The translations under genes and the position numbers were made by a program. Below, in pieces: positions 1 through 10,394 of a DNA stretch of 64,000 nucleotides. Positions within the stretch are counted from its first letter, which is position 1. Each line of letters begins with the position of its first letter. The DNA lies in the NCBI RefSeq assembly GCF_018977255.1, contig NW_024704742.1, positions 8,992,001-9,056,000 on the forward strand. Direction: 5' to 3'. Below the pieces are notes generated by a model, which worked only from the letters and a program-made list of their open reading frames with translations, did no database searches and was not told the DNA's origin. The DNA comes from Callorhinchus milii. Lineage: Eukaryota.

Positions 1-152
1 AAACAGATTCAATAACAACTTTCAAAAGGGAATTGGATAGGTATTTGAAGAAGAAATATTTTCAAGCATATGGGGAAAGCAGCTCGTCCAAAAAGCTGGC
101 ACATGCACGATGGGTCGAATGGCCTCCTTCTGTGCTGTAATATTCTATTATT
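1..152 (+). mobile_element. CR1-type LINE 3' end fragment
   Basis: ttcaaaagggaattggataggtatttg...gggtcgaatggcctccttctgtgctgta, a typical CR1 3' UTR tail. Confidence 0.75.
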
Positions 153-644
153 CCATATTCCCTCATAGCATGGCCACTATTCAGGGAGCTGATTTACAGG
201 ATGATAGTTTCGTTAAAGTAATTATCATGAAAAGTTGCAATCCCAGATCCACAATTTCAACTTTGGGCAATTTAAACAGTGATCTGTTTTGGCCTGTACC
301 ATATCTGGTGCATCTGTGTTAGTAGTTTGCATCAGCCATATGTGCTATTTTCCAGGCCCAGCTTCGTGGATAGATGGACAATCAGAGTAATTCAATAGCA
401 TTCAATAGCATTCCTAAATTAAAGTGTGACATGTATTTAGGAATCCTGAAATTTTACCCATCTTTGTGCGTATTGAAGTGGAGTAAAACAAACCTCCATA
501 TTCCTTTATTTCCCATTCTTTATTGATGATATAGGAGTATTCCCATTTTAAGTCCCATCAGGACAGACTCACAATTCAACAAATAAACAGATGGGAGTAA
601 TCGTTGAGTGATGAATGATCAATGTCTCACCCTTGTATCTGTAG

Positions 645-818
645 CACTCTCAGCGCTTACCAATCTGGAATCGTAAAAGTCCTCTCTTCGGCATTGGAAA
701 GGACCGCTCTGAGACATGGTGGAAGGCCTTGGGCCGGCAGCTGATCTTTCAGGGGTTTCTGCAGGAAGATTCGATGGCAAGGAACAAATTTGCTGTGTTG
801 TGCCACTTGTCTGCTAAG
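645..818 (+). CDS. WRN: WRN exon (approx. human exon 25), RQC winged-helix domain
   Basis: tgtag|CAC...AAG|gttagc, 174 nt, phase 0-0. Translates HSQRLPIWNRKSPLFGIGKDRSETWWKALGRQLIFQGFLQEDSMARNKFAVLCHLSAK, matching human WRN [57 protein letters not shown] (recalled). Confidence 0.95.
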
Positions 819-917
819 GTTAGCTTTGGTATTTGTTTTTCGTCTTGGAGAACAGGGCAAATCACAAAGAATTCACACCAGTTATCACTCAATCGTTAAA
901 TTTAGCAGCACAATGAT

Positions 918-1690
918 CAACAACAACAAAAACTTGCATTTATATAGCACCCTTCACACGGGTAGCAACTTGGAGTGCTTAACAGCCATGTGGTTGGACG
1001 CCGAACTGGAAAGGCAAAGGAGGTGACTGAACACGCAGTTCAAAGAGGAGAGCCTTCAGGTGTGATTTGAACATGAGTAAAGCGTGGGCAAAACAAAGGG
1101 ATTGAGGCTACGAGTTCCAGAGATTTGGGACAGGAACGTGCGAATACAGGATGAACATCTCAAAGCACTTCAACAACAACAAAATTACATTTGTACAGCG
1201 CCTTTCATGTTGGGAGGATGTCACAAGGCGCTGGACAGTCAGTGTTTCGGACCCGAGCTGGGGATTGGGATTGGTGTGGATGGAGGACAGGGGGGAAGGG
1301 GAGTGACTGAAGTCATGGTGGAAGAGGAGGGTCTTGAGACGGGTCTTGCAATGGTGGGAAGTTAAAGGAGGGCAAGTTAAAACTAGTTGACTGTTTTAAG
1401 AGGGTTTTGATAGCAGGGAGAGGAGTAAGTTGAAGATATTTTTGAAGAGGGTTCCAGAGAGCAAGGGCATTAGAGTTGAAGGTTAAACCCCTGAGTAATG
1501 GTGTGACAGGAACGAGCGAGGAACAAGGAGTAAATCATAATTGGAAGAGCAGAAGGTATGGATCGGATAATAGCGCTGGAAGAGAATGCATAGTTTTTCA
1601 GGGGCGAGACAGTTCAAAGATTTGAAAGTCAGAACGAGGATCTTCAGGCTGATCAGCTGGGATACAGGAGCTGGTGGAGCCTGGTGGGGC
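918..1690 (-). mobile_element. Nested L2 LINE 3' fragments
   Basis: Two (CAA)n L2 tails (918, 1172) followed by degenerate L2 3' ORF2/UTR sequence on the minus strand. Confidence 0.7.
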
Positions 1691-1731
1691 AGACTAAATT
1701 AAAAATCCATATCAATTATATATTATGTTGT

Positions 1732-2080
1732 GGAGTCCTGTAGCATGTTGGTTAGAGCACTTGTCTCGCATGTGAGAGGACATGAGTTTGATTCCCGGGC
1801 AGGGCAAAACCTTAGGCAGGTTTCTACTTAACAGTAAGTAGGAACCTGCTTGTTAGTCGATTGGCGGATTGCTTTTCCGATTGTAATAATCCCTTCAAAA
1901 AAAACAATAACATTTTAAAAAATGTGGTCACTCAATTCACGACTGTTTGAGGGACACTGCTCTGAGCAATTGTCTGCTGTGTTTCGCCCACAAAATGTAC
2001 AGTCAATTCACTTTGCAGTATATTCTGTGAAGCGCTTTGAGAAGTTTCCCAAGAAATGCAAGGATTATTATTACTATTAT
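1732..2080 (+). mobile_element. tRNA-Ala-like/Deu-tail SINE, subfamily A
   Basis: ggagtcctgtagc head with A and B boxes, tgtgaagcgctttgag tail, (ATT)n end. Confidence 0.85.
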
Positions 2081-3237
2081 TGTAATATTAAGTATGCAAA
2101 TGGTATGATTGAACATTCAATATGCGATCAGGTGGAGAAATCAAATACTTTTTGATTGGGGTGATGTAAAAGTGCAGTAACTAGGCTCTACAGAATGTAT
2201 TTGAAATGGTAGATTTAACAATGTACAACATCCAAATCAAACAACCATGTTTGTAACGCAGCTAAAACAATGCCTATATTTATGCATATTTTGCATTTAG
2301 TTTCCTAGCAACTGTGTCTCGCAACACAGTTCTAAATCCCCACCGATACAATGATTTTCCAGAGAATCCTTCAATCCTTTCAATTTGGTGAACTTTCAAG
2401 AATGTTTGGCCCTTTAAATTAGAGAGAGATCTATTTTGGGATAATTTGTTCATTTCAATATCTTAAGGTCATTTTTAAAACTAAATTTCACAAGTGGGCC
2501 TGTTGTGTTTGCTCCTCTCATCTCCTGATGATAAAGTCCTTAAGGATTCAGTTATTTTTTAGGATTCCTTTTCCTTTAAGATTTTAAAACGATAGCTTTC
2601 GTCAGATGATCAAAGTTAATTTAAGCAATATTTTATGCAAAAACAAACCTTCCCTAACTGGCACCAAGTGATGTTCCACAACAGTTTCTGTCATAGCCAT
2701 ATTCAGTAACTGCGAAAGGGAATTGTTTAGTTGAGCTCATTCATAATTGTAAATGTTCAGCCTAGTCCTTTGGGAGCTTTATGGATCTGACGTTATAGCT
2801 CCAGTAGGTGTGTTTGACCCTGACACTGGGGACATTGTCCGTGTGTGTTATTGACATTGACAGAGTACAAGTGTGAAGAGCGTATATAAATGCAAGTTGT
2901 TGTTGTGTTTCAGCTCCTGGGGAAGTCTTCCCAACGTGAAAGGCGCTATACAAATGTAATCTTGTTGTTGTTGTGTGATATAGACACTGGGTCAGTGTGG
3001 GTGTCTTTGACCCTAACACTGGGTACAGTGTAGATGTTTTTAATACTTACGCTGGGACGTTTTTGTACCACATTTTCCTATCAATATGATTTATTATCTT
3101 CAGTGAAGGGACGATGGCTGTGCGACTTGTGTGTGTTTTGAGAAGTGAATGCGGGTTTTCCTGGGAAGAATCTGGAAGTTTTGAAAAGAGAATAAATTTT
3201 TTTCATCAAAACATGAAACAAGACAATTTAAAAAAAA

Positions 3238-3450
3238 ATACAAAATACTGCAGATGCTGGAAATCTGAAACAAAAACAGAACTTGCTGGGAGCACTCAGT
3301 AGGTCAGGTAGCATCTATGGAGAAAGGAAAGTGAGTCAGCGTTTCGTGTCCACGACCTGACGAAGGGTCGGGACCCAAAACGTTGACTCACTTTCCTTTC
3401 TCCATAGATGCTGCCTGACCTGCTGAGTGTTCCCAGCGACTTCTGTTTTT
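3238..3450. mobile_element. Penelope-type fold-back element with hammerhead-like core
   Basis: ~75-bp inverted arms (3272-3345 / 3376-3450) around CTGACGA-A-GGGTC-GG-GACCC-AAAA-CGTT. Confidence 0.75.
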
Positions 3451-3536
3451 GAAACGATACGATTGTCTCCCATACAACTAATAGAAATCTGGCTACTTGT
3501 TTTTTTTGGTTTACTGTGAACCTTTAATTTTGACAG

Positions 3537-3640
3537 GGAAGAACATGGTTAACTAAAGCCACGAAAGAGTCTCATGCTCAGCTTTTACTTCAACCCACCA
3601 GAGAACTGTTCCTGCACTCCCCACCCAAGGCTGCCTCCAG
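3537..3640 (+). CDS. WRN: WRN exon (approx. human exon 26), end of RQC
   Basis: tttgacag|GGA...CCAG|gtatgg, 104 nt, phase 0-2. GRTWLTKATKESHAQLLLQPTRELFLHSPPKAAS vs human [25 protein letters not shown]. Confidence 0.93.
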
Positions 3641-3677
3641 GTATGGGCATCCATTCCATTGTTCACATTACAGGCCC

Positions 3678-3850
3678 GTCTCAAGACCCTCCTCTTCGAC
3701 CGTGCCTTCGGCCACTCTCCTACCCCTACTCTCCCTGCCCTCCATCTTCCCTGATTCTAACCCCCAGCTCGGGTCCAAATCCCTGACTGTCCAGCGTCTT
3801 GGGAAGTGCTCCCGACATGAAAGGCGCTGTACAAATGTAATTTTGTATTG
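3678..3850 (+). mobile_element. L2 3' UTR fragment
   Basis: gtctcaagaccctcctcttcgaccgtgccttcgg...tgaaaggcgctgtacaaatg, the same as other L2 tails in the window. Confidence 0.8.
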
Positions 3851-3930
3851 TACTGGATTACTTTAATAATGATGTATTTAAATTTTTTCCTGCAATACTT
3901 GTGCTGATTGTTCTGTGCATTCCTTTATAG

Positions 3931-4003
3931 TTACGTTCAATCTCCAACTTCATCTGTAAGAAGTTCCCCACTTGCTGCCTCAGCCAAGGAACAGGAGTTT
4001 CAG
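3931..4003 (+). CDS. WRN: WRN linker exon (approx. exon 27)
   Basis: tcctttatag|T...CAG|gtccgc, 73 nt, phase 2-0. (S)YVQSPTSSVRSSPLAASAKEQEFQ; phases fit both neighbours. Confidence 0.8.
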
Positions 4004-4503
4004 GTCCGCAGATTTCTTCAAGCCGTTTCCGCAGTGTTATTTCCTCACTTGTGTAATGATTAGTATGACAATTTTAAAGCGTGTGGGGCAAAGTAACCTC
4101 TGATTATTCTAACTATGTTTTCTATAATGAATACAAAGGCCGTTGTTTGTGTTAAATAATGATTCTTGGATTTGATACATCGCCTTTTCACATCAAAACA
4201 TGTCCAAGCGCTTCTTACATCGGGTTACATTAAATTGTGCACACAGACACACCTACACTGGCCCAAGTGTCAGTATCAGACATAAGTACACTGGCCTTAG
4301 TGGGAAGTTACTGCCATTTTCAGCAACAAACATACAAGTCAGTACTCCTAATAGAAATTCTGTGAAGCGCTTTGAGACATTTTTGACCTGATAGGGCGCA
4401 AATACAAATAATAATAATAATAAATAATAATAAATGCAGAGATTATTATAACATTATCATTAACTGTGTTTTTGTTTCAATTTGTTTTTCTTCTATCCTA
4501 AAG

Positions 4504-4583
4504 AGGAAATCATTGTACCAAAGGTTTGCCAGACAGAAGGAAAAAGAGACGGAGAATCTGTTTGTGGAGTTGGACACTAAAAG
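4504..4583 (+). CDS. WRN: WRN linker exon (approx. exon 28)
   Basis: Polypyrimidine tract then taaag|AGG...AAAG|gtaaca, 80 nt, phase 0-2. RKSLYQRFARQKEKETENLFVELDTK(S). Confidence 0.8.
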
Positions 4584-4961
4584 GTAACAAACCCTGGCTT
4601 TGTCCTGACTGTTCCCGAAGGGGCTGAACATCAGTGGGAGTGGTGTTCTGCTCTGTATGCAACTGGCAACTAGGAGTGAGCAGCTGATGATGTTATGGCC
4701 AGCGAAAGACTGAATCAATACAAAGCTGGGAGCTTTCACAGCTTTTAATTCTTTCTCCCCACTCCCCCGCCACCCCCTCCCGAAATAATAAACCAACACA
4801 TTGCAGAATTAGCAGCTGCTGATAAATTCAGTCGTGACTCCTAAGATTTGAACTCGTGAGATAAAGTATCTACACAGCAGCGAGCTCCTTTGGAGGCGGA
4901 TTGCCTCTGAGGAAGTGTGAGAGGGAGGTGCGGAGTCCAGAGTAATATATGCATACACACA

Positions 4962-5565
4962 CAGTGGAAGCCGGTTAAGACGGACACATCCGAGTCGGAC
5001 GTTTTGTATGGTTTAAGAGGCATCCGAGGATAACTGAAATACCATTCCCGCCCAGCAGAAGAACCCCGTGACACAGTATATGTTGTTTCACTTGAAGCAG
5101 TGTTCACTAACCCAAAAGAATCCTGCAAGCTGTGAAAGCTCCCAGCTTTGTATTGATTCAGTCTTTGCGCTGGCCATAACATCATCAGCTGCTCACTCCT
5201 AGTTGCCAAAAGTTGGTTTGACTTCTCCCATTCCCTTCCTTGTTCTTCCCCGTTCCGCTGCCCCCCCCTCACTGATTGACAGCCCAACTCCAGCCGCTTG
5301 TGAGTAGCTGAGTTCCACTGTCAATCAATCATACACTCCTCCCATCTACATCTTGGAGCCCCTCGTGGTTGAATGGACACACAGAAGGCCCCAGTGAGCG
5401 TATTAGCGGTGACCAGTGCGGCATTTTGCCCGGAGTGACCGCATTGTTCAAATCAATTAGCTTTTTTAAAACAGGTAACAATACGAATGATTCGGGCCCG
5501 GTTGTTTTGTTCAATTTACCCAACATCCGGGGTTAACCGGTGTCCGGCCAAAGCGGATTTCACTG
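4962..5565. mobile_element. Non-autonomous Tc1/pogo (Tigger-like) DNA element
   Basis: Imperfect 26-bp TIRs: CAGTGGAAGCCGGTTAAGACGGACAC at left, and a right end whose reverse complement is CAGTGAAATCCGCTTTGGCCGGACAC. The interior is CpG-rich. Confidence 0.55.
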
Positions 5566-6305
5566 TGTATATTAGTCTGGTGCCCCAGAGACTTCCTACT
5601 CACTGAATTGTGATTGGAAAATTTCGAAGTTTCATGGACCGCATTCATTTATATCAGAGCCAAACGCCACTCAGTCAGAGCAGTGTCACAAACTCGCGCA
5701 GATCTATTCAAATCTGCCCTGACTTTGCCACTGTCTGTCACTTGTAGGAATGTGTGTTTGTAAAAGGGATGATCCTAAAATAATCAACGTAACAATTGCT
5801 GTTAAAGAATTTATGACATTCCTCTGTTACTAATGACATAGAGCTGTGAGGAGAGGTTAGCTACTCTCAGACGTTTCTCTCTATAACAGAGAAGACTGAG
5901 GGAGCCTTAGTTTAAGATTATGAAGCATTGAATAAATTAGAGTTGGGTAAATTATTCTGCCCTGCATAATCTAGAACAAGCGTGTCAATTTCACAACAAG
6001 GCCCAAATAGGAAATGCAGGTGTTATGTTTTATTTAGAAGAAAGGAGCTATGCATGTGAACCAAACTACACTATCACCACAGAAAATAAAAATACATTGC
6101 TTTTCAAAAGCAATGGATAAGTGTCATTTACTCCAGGTTATTTGAATTGGTGATTTAGCAATGGGTATATTGAATGAATCTTGTAGGATTGATGGAAAGT
6201 ATGGGCTAGATGGTTCCTGCCGGCATGAAGTTGTTATAGAGACAATTCATCTCCTTGCCTTTTATCCACATAATCTGTAATTAAGGGATAGGGGGCAAGG
6301 GCGGG

Positions 6306-6639
6306 TAATAATAATAATAATAATAATAATCCTTGCATTTGATATAGCGCTTTTCACGTCAGGAGGACGTCCCAAAGCGCTTCACAGAACACACTGTAAA
6401 GTGAATTGACTGTATATTTGTGGGCGAACGCGGCAGCCAATTGCGCACAGCAATGTCCCACAAATAGTCGTAGATTGAAAATGACCAATTTAATTATTGT
6501 TTTGGGTTTTTTGGAGGGATTATTATTAGGCTCTGTGTGGAGTAAGGAAACTTGCCCGAGGTTTCGCCCTCTGCCTGGAATTGAACTCAGATCTCTCACT
6601 TGCAAAGCGAGTGCTCTAACCACTGAACTACAGGACTCC
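6306..6639 (-). mobile_element. tRNA-Ala-like/Deu-tail SINE, subfamily B (full length)
   Basis: Full head to (ATT)n tail. Lacks the central block of subfamily A; tail gggacgtcctcctgacgtgaaaagcgct. Confidence 0.9.
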
Positions 6640-6659
6640 ACTACTTGGACTCGGTACTC

Positions 6660-6750
6660 GGACTTGAGGTAGAGATCAGCCATGATCTTATAGAATGGCT
6701 GAACAGGCTCGAGGGGCTGAATGGCCTCCTCCTGTTCCTATGTTTCCATG
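6660..6750 (+). mobile_element. CR1 3' tail
   Basis: gatcagccatgatctt...gaatggc...aggctcgaggggctgaatggcctcctcctgttcctatg. Confidence 0.8.
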
Positions 6751-6986
6751 TGAATTTGCATTATTATTAGGACACCAATTGATCAGACGTGATGGTAAAT
6801 TCTCTTAATCACATGGCATGTGTTTTTAATAACTGCAATGAATCCTTTGTCAACCAACATGTGATTTTTCACGCCGGTGTGACAGTCATAAAAAGTGTCT
6901 TTTGTGATGAAAAATAAGATACAAAGTAAGATTGTCATACATCTTGTATAATCTGGCATATTAATATTTTTTTCCCTTTTCTTCAG

Positions 6987-7074
6987 TCATTTCTTTCCTT
7001 CACCTGCATCGGGCACACTGGAGAAATCTGTACCTTCGATGGTCGCTGTATCATCCAGGGAATTGGAGCTACAG
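6987..7074 (+). CDS. WRN: WRN linker exon (approx. exon 29)
   Basis: ttttcttcag|T...CAG|gttaga, 88 nt, phase 2-0. (S)HFFPSPASGTLEKSVPSMVAVSSRELELQ; compare human ...[10 protein letters not shown] before HRDC. Confidence 0.88.
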
Positions 7075-7139
7075 GTTAGAATTCTACTTTAATAAAGTCT
7101 TACCTAAGGGTTAGTTTAGCAGTTCCTGCGATATGTAGT

Positions 7140-7480
7140 ATATTGGTTGGATCCAGATGTGCATTAGGTTTGCAGATTGTAGCCTTTGACTGCTGGCTAG
7201 CAGGATAGCAGCTGGGTGGGGGAGGAGGTCAAGGCAGCAGATGGTGGGTTTCATCTGGGTGATGGAGGATGAGAGGAAGGAAGAAAGAGTGGAGGGTAAA
7301 GGAGTGCAGGGTGGGGCCTGTGGTAGAAGCCATGGGAGGATGAGTGAGTGGTGGAGAGGGGGACACACATGGGGCAAGAGGAGGAGGCGGCCAGGCGGAT
7401 GCTATCTATCTTGGAGATAAAGAAATCCAAGACCTCTTCGCACTTGGCATTAGATGTTAAAGGTATATTGATGTGGAATA
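7140..7480 (-). mobile_element. L2 ORF2 internal fragment
   Basis: Minus-strand peptide ...SSITQMKPTICCLDLLP resembles the L2 ORF2 KPTxCxLDPxP motif upstream of the RT domain. Confidence 0.55.
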
Positions 7481-8158
7481 ATTATATGGCACTTTTAATA
7501 AAGCGGTTTATTAAAAATGAAACAACAACTTGCATTTATATATCTCACTGTACCAGCACTTCTCTGTCTCTGTCTGACTTTTTCTCTTTTATAGTCTCTC
7601 ACTTTGCCTTTTTCTCTTGTGTCTTTCTCTAAGAATCTTTAATTTTTTCTCTCTACAATATCTATACAAAAACGTACCTCTGCTATCGGGAGAAAAAATG
7701 TCCTATGTGTGGGCATATGTCCTATGTGTGGGCATTTACAGAGTCATGCACTCACGTGCGAGGTGGCTAGCATCACATAGCTGGGTTCAGAGCATCTCTA
7801 GCAATCTCGAACTTAACATCGCACCTGCACATATGTTTGTCTTGCTAATATCTCACAGCCTTACCTCCAACTTACGGTTAAGAGCCCAATGCAGGTAAAG
7901 CGTCACTTTCAAAACTTGGGACAGCATTGCCTACCTCAGGTTTCAGGACTCATCTTTTGTTAAGAGCTTGGTTTCCCTCCAATATTTAGTTCTTTTGTCT
8001 GAAATATCGCTTGAGTAAAATTTACTATTTGTAAAAGTTTTCTTTTTATGAAGTTTTCTTTTTAATTAATAAACGCTGAGCTTACAGTTACTGTGTACGT
8101 TTTAAGGTTGTCCTTGCACTATGCTGCACTCTTACATTAATTAGTGTTTTGTCCACAG

Positions 8159-8271
8159 GGGAAATTGTATGCCAAATTGTTGACAGCAAGGCAGAAAATT
8201 GCCAGCGAGAAGGATGTTCCTCCAGCCATGTTGGCCACAAACAAGATACTACTAGAGTTTGCCAAGATAAG
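8159..8271 (+). CDS. WRN: WRN exon (approx. exon 30), HRDC N-half
   Basis: gtccacag|GGG...TAAG|gtatta, 113 nt, phase 0-2. [37 protein letters not shown](R) vs human [38 protein letters not shown]. Confidence 0.96.
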
Positions 8272-8392
8272 GTATTAGAAATTGCGGGTAGTTGCCAATC
8301 AATTAATAGATTTTTTTGAAAGAAAAGTTGAACCAAAATCTTTCTTCGTAAAAAGTCAAAGACTATTTTCATTTTGTTTGCTGCGTTTTGCA

Positions 8393-8780
8393 CAGCTCAG
8401 TTAGTTTCTCACTACTGAGTCAAAAGATTGTAGGTTAACCTCTGGACTTGAATTTGTAATCTGGGCTGACACTCCAGTACATTGTTGAAGGGAGCATTGG
8501 TTGCTGGAGATGCTGGTTCAATTCCAGGCAGAGGGCGAAACCTTGGGCAAGTTTCCTTACTCCACACGCCTAATAATAATCCCTCCAAAAAACCCAAAAC
8601 AATAATAAATTGGTCATTTTCAATCTACGACTGTTTGTGGGACATTGCTGTGCGCAATTGGCTGCCGCGTTCGCCCACAAATATACAGTCAATTCACTTT
8701 ACAGTATATTCTGTGAAGCGCTTTGGGACGTCCTCCCGACGTGAAAAGCGCTATATCAAATGCAAGGATTATTATTATTA
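8393..8780 (+). mobile_element. Old DeuSINE head (8393-8512) joined to 5'-truncated subfamily B SINE (8515-8780)
   Basis: gctcagttag...ggctgacactccagtac (old family), then ggttcaattccaggcagagggcgaaac...gggacgtcctcccgacgtgaaaagcgct(ATT)n. Confidence 0.85.
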
Positions 8781-8944
8781 TATCCCCCAAATGGGAAGTT
8801 AATGTCTGTCTATCCTGACATGAGGTTAAAGAACCATTAACACTATTTGAAAAGAGAGGGAAATTTATTTTATTTTCGTTTTGTGGCCTCCAGGTTAATT
8901 GGTTATTCACCTCATGGTTGATTGTGGGACCTTCCCGATGGAAA

Positions 8945-9355
8945 TATATTTGGTCAGCCGAGTGAGTGTCTGTCACAACCGGAAATCCATTGCCTTGCTT
9001 AAAAATATCCACAGCACACAGAGTTTCCCTGTATTCCCTGTCAGTTATGCATAACAATTTCATTTTGTCTGGAATGAAATGCTTTCTCATTCCCTGGAGG
9101 GACACAATCTCGTTATCTAATCCCAGAAAGTTGTACATGCAAGTTGGCAGGAGCCCACCATTGGGGACCCTAGAGTGTGGGTTGGAATACTGCAGGAATT
9201 TAATCAGATAATAACCTTTAGATTGCCATTGTGATCACTGTCTGGCAAGCTATCTCGCTGCTTGCCAGCTTGAACCACCGTCTAATTAGGGTTTTGGCTT
9301 ACAAGGTTAATGGGAGCTAAGTGGGAAGATTCCCTGTAGCTCGGGAACCAGACTA
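8945..9355 (-). repeat. Diverged copy of unclassified ~600-bp repeat family U
   Basis: Colinear with 31833-32325 and 60774-61362 (ccctggaggg...gaaagt...ttgggga.ccc.agagtgtg...ttgccattg...ggttaa...ggagct.agtggga). Confidence 0.65.
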
Positions 9356-9490
9356 CTGAGACCGCTACAGAGGCGCCAATTAATTTTATTGTCAGATGTG
9401 TAATAACATACGTGTCTGCTCACCCCCGGCTGCCAAATTTGCATACACATATAGTCAATACACAAGTTAATAAATACTTCAGCAGCATTT

Positions 9491-9860
9491 GGAGTCCTGT
9501 AGCTTAGGGGTTAGAGCGCTCGCTTCGCAAGCGAGTGAGAGGACCTGAGTTTGATTCCCAGTAGGTCAAAACGTTAGGCAAGTTTCCTTACTCCATACGC
9601 CTCTGTTTACCTAGCAATAAGTAGGAATCTGGTTGTCAGTCGATTAGCAGATCGCTTTTCTGGGGATAATAATCCCTTCAAAAAAAAATTATAATTCAGT
9701 CACTCAACCCATGACTATTTGTGGGACACTGCTGTGCGCAATTGACTGCTGTGTTTCACCCACAAAATATGTAGTCAATTCACTTTGCAGTAAAGTGTAA
9801 AGTGCTTTGAGGTATCTCGAAGATGCGATAAAACCCTATATCAAATGCAAGGATTATTAT
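9491..9860 (+). mobile_element. SINE subfamily A, full length
   Basis: tRNA head with ctcgc-ttcgcaa-gcgag anticodon arm (CGC, Ala-like), central block, Deu/L2 tail. Confidence 0.9.
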
Positions 9861-10394
9861 TTGAATGCAATAAGACGACACTGAAATACCAGTGAGATGT
9901 TGTATTGTCATAAAGCTTTATTCCAGTGGATGGCGCTAAAGCATACAATATGTCTACTTTAGTAGGTATTCAGAATTCACTAACTTGTCTAGGAGTCTGC
10001 AAGATTCAAGTGCCAGATATCAGCTAAATGGGTCTGTCAAAGAGAGAACATTAGCAAGCCTGAGAATATTCATTGACAACTCTGACTCAGGGCCAAACTG
10101 ACTTGTTGGGGCCAGGTCACTTCTCATAAACTTCAGACTTAAATGTAAAATAACTTAAACATTTGAAGAAATGGGACAGATCGGATCTTTATTGACCTTT
10201 TTATTATGTTTTCAACCCACGTTTGTTTCTTCATTCATCAAACTTTGTAAGTGTTGTTGCTGATTCTATATTCAAAAGCCTCTTGTTTTTGGGCTTCACA
10301 AAATGGTGCTCGGTTGTGACCCTGTCAATCCTCCCAATCCTGGACGGGAGTGAGTTCTGAGTTAAATTTGATTTGGTTCTGTAATAATAACAAC

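Noticed and set aside
3108..3152. GRWL-encoding stretch resembling the WRN GRNWL exon
   Set aside because: It hits TGA after ~10 codons; the true exon is at 3537-3640.
8482..8802. Recurring peptides such as [14 protein letters not shown]...KCKDYYY in many ORFs
   Set aside because: Translations of the non-coding SINE tail, not a gene family.
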